DNA from: Octopus vulgaris
Lineage: Eukaryota
Assembly: GCA_951406725.2 (NCBI GenBank)
Contig: OX597838.1
Location: 36,642,001 to 36,706,000 of the forward strand
DNA: 64,000 nt
Direction of reading: 5' to 3'
Of the stretch, positions 23,625-35,404 are shown piece after piece; the stretch's first letter is position 1; each line of letters opens with the position of its first letter. The notes under the pieces are model-generated. The model had not been told where the DNA came from and ran no database searches. It saw only the letters and a list, made by a program, of their open reading frames with translations. The position numbers and the translations under genes were made by a program.

Positions 23625-23958
23625 AATATGTGTGTGTGTGTGTGTGTGCATACATACTTATAGATATATATGTGTGTGTGTGTGTGTGTGTGTCTGTATG
23701 TACTTATGTATATATATAGATATGAAATATATATAGATATGAGATATATGTGTATATATATATATATGTGTATATCTCTATATATATATGTATATATATA
23801 TATTTATATATGTGTGTATGTATATATATATATGTGTGTGTCGGTATATATATATATGTGTGTGTGTGTATATATATGTGTGTATATGTATATATATATA
23901 TATATATGTGTGTGTATATATATATATGTATATATATATATGTGTGTATATATATATA

Positions 23959-24004
<46 letters not shown>
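23625..24004. repeat. (TG)/(TA) microsatellite field
   Basis: Direct read. Confidence 0.95.
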
Positions 24005-24007
<3 letters not shown>

Positions 24008-24213
24008 GGGGAAGTGGAACAATAGAGAAGAGAAGGCAAATAAAGCAGAATTTAAATTAAATTATTATTATTAATAACAATGATGATGATAGTGATGATA
24101 ATGATGATGTTAAGGGTAATGATTGTATTAATAATTTTTTTTTTTTTAATATTTTCTGCTAATTAAAATAAATCTCGAGACTTGGAGATATACCAAAAAA
24201 AGAGAAAAAGGAA

Positions 24214-25119
24214 GTAATAACGACAACAACAATAATAATAATAATAATAATAACGATAATAATAATAAGAAGAAGAACAACAACAATAATGATAATAATA
24301 ATAATAATGATAATAATAATAGTAAGAACAACAACAACAATAATAATAATAATAATAATGATAATAATAATAGTAAGAACAACAACAACAATAATGATAA
24401 TAATGATAATAATAATAATTATAATAATAATAATAATGATAATAATAGTAAGAAGAACAACAATAATGATAATAATAATAGTAAGAACAACAACAACAAT
24501 AATGGTAATAATGATAATAATAATAATGATAATAATAATAATAATAATAATAGCAACAACAATAATAATAATAATAGCAACAACAACAACAATAATAATA
24601 ATAATAACAGCAACAACAACAACAATAATAATAATAATAATAGCAACAACAATAATAATGATAATAATAATAATAGCAACAACAACAATAATAATGATAA
24701 TAATAATAGTAAGAACAACAACAACAATAATGATAATAATGATAATAATAATAATTATAATAATAATAATAATAATGATAATAATAGTAAGAAGAACAAC
24801 AATAATGATAATAATAATAGAAAGAACAACAACAACAATAATGATAATAATGATAATAATAATAATTATAATAATAATAATAATAATGATAATAATAGTA
24901 AGAACAACAACAATAATGATAATAATGATAATAATAATAGTAAGAGCAACAACAACAATAATGGTAATAATGATAATAATAATAATAATGATAATAATAA
25001 TAATAATAGCAACAACAATAATAATAATAATAGCAACAACAACAACAATAATAATAATAATAATAACAGCAACAACAACAATAATAATAATAATAATAAC
25101 AGCAACAACAATAATAATG

Positions 25120-25159
<40 letters not shown>

Positions 25160-25181
25160 TAATAATAATAGCAGCAACAAC

Positions 25182-25218
<37 letters not shown>

Positions 25219-25410
25219 GCAACAACAACAATAATAATAATAATAATAATAATAATAACTGCAACAACAACAATAATAATAATAATAATAATAGCAACAA
25301 CAATAATAATGATAATAATAATAATAATAGCAACAACAACAATAATAATAATAATGATAACAGCAACAACAACAATAATAATAATAATAATAGCAACAAC
25401 AATAATGATC
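24214..25410. repeat. Compound (AAT)n/(AAC)n trinucleotide array with block duplications, about 1.2 kb
   Basis: Recurrent AGTAAGAACAACAACA and TAGCAACAACA punctuation, in phase throughout. Confidence 0.95.
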
Positions 25411-25914
25411 ATAAATATATAAGGAAAGGAAATATTAAAAAAATACATATCAAAAACATGAAAATTACAAAAAAATAATGACAACGATAACATTGATGAT
25501 GATGATGTTGACGATGCTTATGATAATGATGATGACAATGTCTATGATGATGATGATGATGATTATAATAAAGATGTTTAATGTTTTGCCTTGGCGTAAG
25601 GCCAATTTTTTTTGTTGAAAAAAAAAAAGACATGGCTGTGTGTGTGTGTGTGTGTGTATAAGGAGCAAGAGAATATCAGAGAGATTTGCATAGGAAATTA
25701 ATTAAACTTTGGGATAATTAATTACTGGTACTTACCGATATTTGATTGCATGAAAGACACACTGACTTTTTAGACTAGACACCCCAATTTCAGTCACACA
25801 TATTCAGAAAAACAGTTTTCAGTGCTTCAAATCTTGTAATCTTTGAAAAATCTAAAAGTACATTTCAAAATATTGCTATAATAATTCCTATTAAAGTACA
25901 AATAATTATAATGC

Positions 25915-26258
25915 TTTCTACTATAAGTGTAAGGCCTGAAATTTCAGGGAAGGGGTTCATTTGATTAGATTGCCCTCAGTGCTCAACTGGGACCTTGGCA
26001 GAATTTGAACTCAAAACATAGAGATTCAGAAGAAATACTGCTAAGCACTTTTGTCTGACATGGTGACAGGCAGTAACCCTTTCTACTGAAATTTTGTAGG
26101 GAAGATCTAGTTGATTGCATCACCCCTCAGTACTCAGCTGGTACTTATTTTATCAACCATGAAAGGAAGAGAGGCAGGGCTGACCTCTGCAGGATTTGAA
26201 CTCAGAATGTAATGAGCCAACAGGAATGCTGCAAATCTTTTTGTCCAGCATCGTAACA
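25915..26258 (-). mobile_element. Two diverged SINE C copies
   Basis: AAGGCCTGAAATTT...CTGGTACTTATTTTATC...GAATTTGAACTCAG motifs. Confidence 0.6.
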
Positions 26259-26397
26259 AGTAATAATGATAATAATTTTTCACTAAATATTAATTATTAT
26301 GGATTCAGGTTTTGGTAAAATAGACTGTCTTTATCAGTGAGACCCGACTGGGTCTATGTAACTCTTGGGGGTCTACATAGATGCACATATGTGTGTA

Positions 26398-26440
<43 letters not shown>

Positions 26441-26449
26441 GCAACAACA

Positions 26450-26651
26450 GTGACCGCGTGTGTACCGTTGGCGATTTTTTTCCCTCTGTCTTCCCTTCTC
26501 TGGATCTTTCCTTCTCCTATGTTTCCAACGAAGAGCTCCGCTCGAAACGTTAAACCCTCCTTCTTTCCTTCTTTCCTGAGCATCCAATAATACTATATTT
26601 GTTCCACGTCCTCGCGTTGTTGTGTTTTTTTGTGCTTTCTTGTTTGGATTA

Positions 26652-26655
<4 letters not shown>
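26450..26655 (+). mobile_element. Family H1 element with hammerhead-like motif (26521-26555)
   Basis: Copy of 328-526; followed by (TA)n. Confidence 0.75.
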
Positions 26656-26691
<36 letters not shown>

Positions 26692-28322
26692 TTTATACAC
26701 ACACACACACATATATATACAGGTATATATATATATATATATATATATACATACACACACATACACACACGCACACATACACACATATATGCATGTATGT
26801 GCATACATATGTAGTAGTCATGGCTGATATATATATCTGCATGTGTGTGTGTGTGTAAATTCTTTTGTGGTTATATAAAGATAGATAGATATAGATAGAC
26901 ATAGATAGATAGATATATGTATGTAATAGGCTTCTTTCAGTTTCTATCAACCGAATCCACTTGGAAGCCCTTGGTCGTCTGGGGTCTATTGTAGAAGACA
27001 TGTGGCCAAGGTGTCAAGCAATGGGACTCAGTCCAGAAACACATGGTTGGGAAGACACCGTGTGTTCCTGGACATGGTTATGCCATCAAACATGATACTT
27101 AGGAATCGGTCAACCATGGAAGAATGCTGGAGTGGACCAGAGAGATAAATCAAACTAAAATATCACACGATATTGGAGGTTGATATTGGAGTTTGGTGCA
27201 GTTGTCTGGGGATTGGTGCCTATGTCAAAGACATCCATTCTGCGCCGATATGGAAAACAGACATTACAGGATAATAACAATGATGATATGTGTGTGTGTG
27301 TATAGTTGTTATTTGTTTATATATATATATATATACACACACATACATATACATATGTGTATATGTATATATCTAAATGTACATTTATATGTATTACTAG
27401 ATATATTTGTGTGTATATATATATATATCAAAGCAAACATATATATATTTATACATATATATACACATATGTATATATATATATGTATGTATAAATATAT
27501 ATATGTATAAATATATATATATGTTTGCCTTGATATATATATATATATATATATGTATGTATAAATATATATATATGTTTGCCTTGATATATATATATAT
27601 ATATATATATGTGCATGTATATAAGCGTGTGTGTATATATACAGGCTGACACATATCTGTGCATACATACAGTTTTTCCTTTCTTTATACTTCATATATA
27701 TATATATATTTATATATATATACAGACACATACACTCAAGTACACACATGTATACACACACACATGAGATCTAATTAAGAATTCTCAATCCAAGTGAAGA
27801 GTACTTAATCAATCTTTATCCATTCAAATTAATTACAGAGTGGAGGAAGAAAAAGCGGCAAAGGAAAGAAACCCGCAATCCAAAAATGACAACAACCAAG
27901 AATATACAAATAAAAATAGATAAATAAATAAATAAATAAATAAGAGAAAAACCCAAAAATGATTGAGATGAGAATTATAAGAAAATGTCGGCATTCCTGT
28001 TCAGTTTGCCTCATACGGAAGCCTTATATATTTTATTAAATTGTTTTTATGAAAAATCATTCGAACAACGAGAAACGGGGAAAATAGAAAGAAAACGATT
28101 AGAAGAGAGATGAGGAATAGGAATAAAATTTCTGAGCACATACACACGCACACATACACATACATAACCACATGAGTGTCTGTGTGTATATGCATGCACA
28201 TACACACACAGAATATAGATGCAAAGTTGCTTAAATATAGTGCTGTTCTTGTCATCAATATCAATCAATGCTAGAGTGCGTTTATGTGCATGTATGTATG
28301 TATATATATGTCTCTTTTATAC

Positions 28323-28528
28323 CCTTTTACTTTGTTTCAGTCATTTGACTGTGGCCATGCTGGAGCACCAACCTTTAGTCGAGCAAATCGACCCCAGAAC
28401 TTATCCTTTGTAAGCCTAGTACTTATTCCATCGGACTCTTTTTGCTGAACCGCTAAGTTACAGGGAGATAAACACACCAGCATCCGTTGTCAAGCGATGT
28501 TGGGGGGCCAAAACAGACACACAAACAT

Positions 28529-28582
<54 letters not shown>

Positions 28583-28788
28583 TAATAAGGGTAGAAATTG
28601 ATATTAATCAATTAAAACCAGTGGCCCAGCATATTTAAAAAATCCGAAGATTAAAATATTTTTTATATACAAAATTTAAAGGATTGACCATTAAAAGTGG
28701 ACGGCCAACATGCTGGACTTGACGGCTATATCTAGCATATTGATCGTCCACTTTTAGTGGTCAGTCCTTTAAATTTTGTATGTAAAAA

Positions 28789-28821
<33 letters not shown>

Positions 28822-28985
28822 TATGCGATAGGCTTCTATCAGTTTCCATCTACCAAATCCACTCACAAGGCTTTGGTCGGCCCGTATAGTAGAAGACACT
28901 TGCCCCATGGTGTCACGCAGTGGGAATGAACCCAGAACTATGTGGTTGGTAAGCAAGCTACTTTCCACACAGCCACTCCTGTGCC
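28323..28985 (-). mobile_element. SINE family A interrupted by a foldback element in its internal (TA)n
   Basis: Tail 28323-28530, head 28826-28985. Confidence 0.85.
28577..28792. mobile_element. (TA)n-flanked foldback element
   Basis: Inverted arms 28656-28717 and 28731-28792, plus a unique tail on the left. Confidence 0.7.
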
Positions 28986-29134
28986 ATATATGTATATCTA
29001 TCTATATGTGTGTGTGTATTTGTATATATGTATGTGTTTTTGTATGTGTGAGTGTGCATGCGTGTGTGTGTATACATATATTTTCATACACAATTTTAAA
29101 TATACATTTACACACACACACACATTTATATATA

Positions 29135-29310
29135 AGCGTAGGTGTGGCTGTCTGGCTAGAAGTTTGTTTCCCAACCACATAGCTTTGAGTTCAGTCCAAG
29201 TGTGGGGCAATTTCGCAAGTGTCTTGTAATACAGCCCCAGTTTGGCCAAAGTGTCTTCTGTGTGAATCTGGATGAGGGGAAACTAAAAAAAGTCCGTTGT
29301 ACAAATATAT

Positions 29311-29347
<37 letters not shown>

Positions 29348-29820
29348 CGTCTGTTTCTTTATTTCACCACTACTTGTTAGTGTGTTTACGTCTCCTTAAC
29401 TTAGCAGTTCAGCAAAAGAGACTGATCAATAGTAGGCTTAGAGTACATCAAAATGAGTACTGGTGTCAATACGTTTCACTAAAATTCCTCAAGGCAGTGC
29501 TCCAGCATGGCCTCAGTCTAATGTCTGAAGATACAAGTGGTTAGGATGCTGCACTCACAATTGTGAGATCATGGGTTCAATTCCCAGACCGAGCTTTGCA
29601 TTGTGTTCTTGAGCAAAGCACTTCATTTCATGTTGCTCTGCGATCATTTCAACATGTGACATGTGGTAGCACCCAGTTGCACCTGTACAGGTAAGGTTGA
29701 TTTGATGGAAGGAGGGAGTTTATGTCTACACAAAGCTTTAATCAGTTTAAACAAATCATGTGTGTGGCTGTTCAGTAAGAAATCGTCAAACCCTTCATTT
29801 GTCGTCTAACAATGGGGAGG
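29135..29820 (+). mobile_element. Diverged SINE A followed by a tRNA/CORE-type SINE
   Basis: SINE A tail at about 29490-29538; then AGTGGTTAGG...GGTTCAATTCCC...TTCTTGAGCAAAGCACTT. Confidence 0.65.
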
Positions 29821-29847
29821 GTCCATTATACACACACACACACACAC

Positions 29848-29880
<33 letters not shown>

Positions 29881-29885
<5 letters not shown>

Positions 29886-30052
29886 TCACGTGAAGAGAGT
29901 CATATAACTCTGTTATTGAGTGATATTAACACAGCATTGCTTATAGTAGAAGTGACATTCTGCAATGAACAGCTGCTAATAATGCATCGAAACAGCTGTA
30001 GTGACATGTAATAAAGCCTGCTATATCCATCTTCTCATGTGTATGCATGTAC
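29881..30052 (+). mobile_element. Microsatellite-flanked element with hammerhead-like motif and AATAAA
   Basis: TTCAC-GTGAAGA...GCATC-GAAA-CAGCTG-TA-GTGAC, then AATAAA. Confidence 0.55.
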
Positions 30053-30076
30053 CTATATATATATATATATATATAT

Positions 30077-30243
30077 AATTATTTAATATCAGGGTAATAA
30101 AGATTTTAGAAATTTTTACTACCTGTGACCTAGCGTATAGAAAAATTAGTCAATAGACTATATATTATTCATTGAAATATAGTGTACATTTAAACATGGA
30201 ATCCTTTGAAGGATTCCTCTTATGTGTTTAAATGTACACTGAA

Positions 30244-30246
<3 letters not shown>
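30077..30246. mobile_element. (TA)n-flanked element with terminal hairpin
   Basis: AGTGTACATTTAAACA...GGAATCCTTTGAAGGATTCC...TGTTTAAATGTACACT. Confidence 0.6.
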
Positions 30247-30287
<41 letters not shown>

Positions 30288-30289
30288 TA

Positions 30290-30762
30290 ATAAATATTAG
30301 GGAATAAATCCAAACTTACAGGGAAAAATCAGATTTAGGATTGAATCCAATTTTATAGTAAAATATTATATTATATTAAATTAGAGACAAAACCACTATT
30401 AGGCAAATCAAACAATGAAAGACTTAAGCCAATACATAAATTAATTTATATTATTTAAATATGTAACAATTATTAAAAAAATATAATTAATATCCACTAC
30501 GATCGATTCCTGGCTGCTGTCATCAAATTTTTCTTGGCGAGTTTTAAACAATTGTTTAAAACTCGCCAAGAAAAATTTCGAAACACCTGATGAATGACTG
30601 CGACCTAAAAATTTGATGACAGCAGCCAGGAAACGATCGTAGTGGATATTAATTATATTTTTTTAATAATTGTTACATATTTAAATAATATAAATTAATT
30701 TATGTATTGGCTTAAGTCTTTCATTGTTTGATTTGCCTAATAGTGATTTTGTCTCTAATTTA

Positions 30763-30772
<10 letters not shown>
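30290..30772. mobile_element. Large foldback element (arms of about 165 bp) carrying a hammerhead motif
   Basis: Arms at about 30366-30532 and 30607-30772 are near-perfect reverse complements; nested palindrome AAATTTTTCTTGGCGAGTTTTAAACAATTGTTTAAAACTCGCCAAGAAAAATTT. Confidence 0.8.
30584..30644 (+). ncRNA. Type I hammerhead ribozyme motif
   Basis: CAC-CTGATGA-[ATGACTGC..20 nt..GCAGCCAG]-GAAA-CGATCG-TA-GTG. The core is intact, stem III is palindromic, and stem II has two mismatches. Confidence 0.7.
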
Positions 30773-30802
<30 letters not shown>

Positions 30803-30849
30803 TGGTACATGTAACTCTCAGCTCTTGAGTCACTCTGGTACTTATGCTA

Positions 30850-30887
<38 letters not shown>

Positions 30888-30889
<2 letters not shown>

Positions 30890-31160
30890 GTAAATGTAAT
30901 ATGTGACAATTGTTCGGTAGCCATGATGAAACTCCGAGTTTTGGATGCTGAGGTGGAAATCCATGCCGCCATCACTTCAGTTATCCAGCAATCGGAATAT
31001 GGCGGAGTGGATTTCCACCTCAGCATCCAAAACTTGGAGTTTTATCATGGCTACCGAACAATTGTCACATATTACATTTACAGGTAATTTCCTGGCCAGC
31101 ATATTAAAAAATACCTTTAAAGGTTACAATTATAAACAACTTATAAACTTATTTATAAGT

Positions 31161-31162
<2 letters not shown>
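30888..31162. mobile_element. (TA)n-flanked foldback element (arms of about 85 bp)
   Basis: Arms 30888-30972 and 30999-31083, with a tail on the right. Confidence 0.75.
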
Positions 31163-31195
<33 letters not shown>

Positions 31196-31242
31196 TGTAA
31201 GTAAAGTGGCACTTGATAGATTAGACAGATTAAGAGACACCT

Positions 31243-31552
31243 CATCATCATTTAACGTCCGCTTTTCATGCTAGCATGGGTTGGACGGTTCAACTGGGAT
31301 CTGGGAAGCTAGAAGGCTGCACCAGGCCCAGTCTAATCTGGCAGTGTTTCTACAGCTGGATGCCCTTCCTAATGCCAACCACTCCGTGAGTGTAGTGGGT
31401 GCTTTTTACGTGCCACCTGCACAGGTGCCAGACGACGCTGGCAACAGCCACGATGGGATGGTGCTTTTTACATGCCATCGGCATGGAGGCCAGTCGGGGC
31501 GGCACTGGCAACGGCCACGTTCGGATGGTGCTTTCTATGTGCCACCGGCACT
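31243..31552 (-). mobile_element. SINE family B
   Basis: Family motifs. Confidence 0.85.
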
Positions 31553-31569
31553 TAGCGCCTTGATATTTT

Positions 31570-32060
31570 AAGTAGGCTAAAATGACACCTGAATAGATTA
31601 GATGGGTAATGTAATGACTGGATAGCATAGGTAGGCTCTCACACCTGTATAGATTAGGAAAATAATGTGACACCTGTATAAGTTAGATAGGCTATCTCAC
31701 CTGGATCACTTTGGTAGACTCTTAAACCTGGATAATTAAAGTCTGTAATGTCACACCTGGATCACTTAGGTAGGCTGTCACAGCTGAATGGATTAGTTGG
31801 GTAATGTGACATCTGAACAGATAAGGTAGGTTGTGACACCTGGATAACTAGGTGGGTAATGTGACACCTGGATAGCTTAGATGAGGCCATCACACCTGGA
31901 TCACTTTGGTAGACTCTTAAACCTGGATAATTAAAGTGGGTAACGTCACACCTGGATCACTTAGGTAGGCTGTCACACCTTAATGGATTAGGGATAAGCA
32001 AAATGACAGATTGATCATTTAAGTAGGCAAAGTAGCACCCTTAAAAGATCAGGTAGGTAT
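31570..32060. repeat. Degenerate 28-30 bp minisatellite (GTCACACCTGGATCACTTAGGTAGGCT-like)
   Basis: CACCTG(G/A)AT..TTAG recurs at intervals of about 29 bp. Confidence 0.8.
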
Positions 32061-32394
32061 GTTGAAATTGCAATGTGGGATGACGAAGGGACAGGTTAAT
32101 AAATAAATAAATAAATAGAGTTTGGCATTTAGTGATTAGTCAAGATCCTATATTTGGCAGAGCTAACGCCAACCAATCTTTGATTATTAGGAAGTAATAC
32201 AATTTCAAGAGATGGTTGATAAGAGAATGGAAAACAATACGTATATACACTCATGTAAATATGTATATCAATATATATGTGCATATATGTATACACACAC
32301 ACATATATGCATATATATCTATATATATACATACATACAAACATACAAACACACATATATGTATTTATGTATATACATATAAGTATATACATAC

Positions 32395-32429
<35 letters not shown>

Positions 32430-32516
32430 GATAACTAAAATTGATGTGCATTTCCCATTAAATTAGGTATATGGTGAAGTAGCTGTATCTGTACACACAT
32501 ATATATGAACATCTAG

Positions 32517-32578
<62 letters not shown>

Positions 32579-32707
32579 GTGTGTGTATATATCTGTGCGT
32601 GTGTGTGTGTATGTATATATATATATATATATATATACACATACATATATATATATACATATATACATATATATATATATACACACACACATGTATATAT
32701 ACCCATG

Positions 32708-32738
<31 letters not shown>

Positions 32739-33081
32739 CACACCTGAGTGAGTTGAAAGAAATTTCTCCAGACATGCCTTTATCAAATTAAACATTATCT
32801 TTCTTAGAAGTCTTTGGTTTTGGTTCCTTCTTTACCCACCAAGTCCACACACCACCACCAACAACAACAACATTCATTACTATGTATATTATTATCATTA
32901 TTATCTATATCATTATTATTATTATTATTACTCTATATATTGGTTAATAAAACGATTATTATTATTATTATCGTTATTTATTCTTTTCTATTTTAAAGTT
33001 ATTATTGTTATTATTATTATTCTGCTGCTGTCAGTAGTGTATCGCTGGCCGGTTGGTGCTCATTAGACGTCTCTGCCGTTG

Positions 33082-33497
33082 TCTTCTTCTTCTTCTTCCT
33101 TCTTCTTCTTCTTCTTCTTCTTCTTCTTCTTCTTCTTCTTCTTCTTCTTCTTCTTCTTCTTCTTCTTCTTCTTCTTCTTCTTCTTCTTCTTCTTCTTCTT
33201 CTTCTTCTTCTTCTTCTTCTTCTTCTTCTTCTTCCTTCTTCTTCTTCTTCTTCTTCTTCTTCTTCTTCTTCTCTTCCTTCTTCTTCTTCTTCTTCTTCTT
33301 CTTCTCTTCTTCTTCTTCTTCTTCTTCTTCTCTTTCTTCTTCTTCTTTTCTTCTTCTTCTTCTTCTTCCCCTTCTTCTTCTTCTTCTCCTTCTTCTCCTT
33401 CTCCTCCTTCTTCCTCTTCTTCTCCTTCTTCTTCTCCTCCACCTCCTCTTTCTTCTTCTTCTTCTTCTTCCCCTTCTCCTTCCCCTTCTTCTTCTTC
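33082..33497. repeat. (TTC)n / polypyrimidine tract
   Basis: Direct read. Confidence 0.95.
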
Positions 33498-34019
33498 CAG
33501 CAACACCAAGTGCTCCTTCATTCTCCTAGCTTCCCATTCTGCCATCCTTGACCACCTCCCCTTGCTCCATCACCTCCACACTTCTCCCACCCCTCCCATC
33601 CTCCATCACCACCATCTTCCTTTCCCCCACCTTTTTTTTCTTCCTTTTTCTTCAAACTTAATGGAATTTCAGGAGGTTGGTGCTGATTACAATGGCTTGC
33701 AGTGTTCCTGCGTCGCACGCGCAACCGCGCAGCCGTGCACCAAAGACGTTCGTCTTTCTTCACTGATTGGTCTGTATCGATGACAATTATGACATGATGA
33801 CGGTGATGACGGACAACGGCAACAATGTGTACTGTAGCACTGACAGATCTCATCTTCATCATCATCAGCATCATCAACATTATCATCATCATCAATACTA
33901 TCATTATTAGCGTCCTCTCCTAAATGCCCACCACCACTGACACCGCCACCACTACACAGTCATCAGTCAACTCTTTCATGTGTCATATTTCAAACTAATC
34001 TTGTCCTTCAACTAGACAT

Positions 34020-34331
34020 GCAACCACCACCACCACCACTACTACTACTACTACCCCAACCGCTACAGACACCACCATCACCACTACAGCAACCACCACC
34101 ACCACCACCACTACTACTACTTCTACTACTACCCCAATTGCTACAGACACCACCATCACCACTACAGCAACCACCACCACCACCACCACTACTACTACTT
34201 CTACTACTACCCCAATTGCTACAGACACCACCATCACCACTACAGCAACCACCACCACCACTACTACTATTTCTACTACTACCCCAATTGCTACAGAAAC
34301 CACCATCACCACTACAGCAACCACCACCACC

Positions 34332-34366
<35 letters not shown>

Positions 34367-35050
34367 CCCAATTGCTACAGACACCACCATCACCACTACA
34401 GCAACCACCACCACTACTACGACCCCAACCGCTACAGACACCACCATCACCACTACAGCAACCACCAGCACCACCACCACTACTACTACTACTACTGCTA
34501 CTCCAACCACCACAGACGCCACCACCACCACCACTACAGCAACCACCACCACTACAACTACTACCACCATCACCACAAACTTAACTACTGTAGCAACCAC
34601 CATGACAACCACTATTACCAGTATAACTACTACTACCACCACACCATAACATCACCATAACCACTTCTCCCAGGTCAATCAACACTACTACTACTACTAC
34701 TACAACTACCAGACATCAACTGTAACACAGCTACCATCACCACTACTGATACTATGTCACCTACCAGGACATCATCCACCATAGCTAACACAGCTACCAC
34801 CACCACCATTACTACTACTACTACAACTACTACTACTACTACCATCACACTCTTAACTACTACAGCAACCACTTCTCGCAGTACAACCAACACTACTACT
34901 ACTACTACTACTACCACCAGACCTCAACTATAACACAACCACCACCAACACCACCACTACTACTCCTAATCGTACATCACCTACCAGAACATCATCCACC
35001 ACCACCGCCACCACCACCACCACCACCACCACTACTATTACTACTACTAC
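34020..35050. repeat. Compound (ACC/ACT) minisatellite with recurring CCCCAA(TT/CC)GCTACAGACACCACCATCACCACTACAGCAACC unit
   Basis: About six variable-length units in 34020-34580, then a degenerate longer duplication. Confidence 0.85.
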
Positions 35051-35404
35051 TTTCCTTCCTCTCATTTTTCCTCTTGCTAATAGCTTACTCACTGTCTTTC
35101 ACTCCCCCTCTCTCCCCCTCTCTCTCTCTCTCTCTCTCCCTTCTTTCCCTCCCTCCCTGCCTCTCCTTCCTCTCTTTTTTCTCTTCCCTTTTTCATCCTC
35201 ATCTGTTTCTCCTGTCTTGTGTAATTCATCAAAATTTGAAATTGTGTCTTTGCGTTGCACTGGAAAAATGAATGCTGAAAGTTCCCCACCCACCCCCACA
35301 CACCATATCAGCTCCACTTTTTCTTTTGAGCTTTTGAATTACCAGGAAGGCTAGTGGCCATCGCTGAATGAGGGGTGGGGTTGGGGTTCTGTGTATACAA
35401 CCAT

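Noticed and set aside
24159-25493. 444 and 377 aa Ile/Val/Thr-rich ORFs
   Set aside because: Artefact of the trinucleotide repeat.
33995-34917. Mucin-like, Pro/Leu or Val-rich ORFs
   Set aside because: Compound ACC/ACT repeat with no signal peptide, splice sites or unique domain that I can support.
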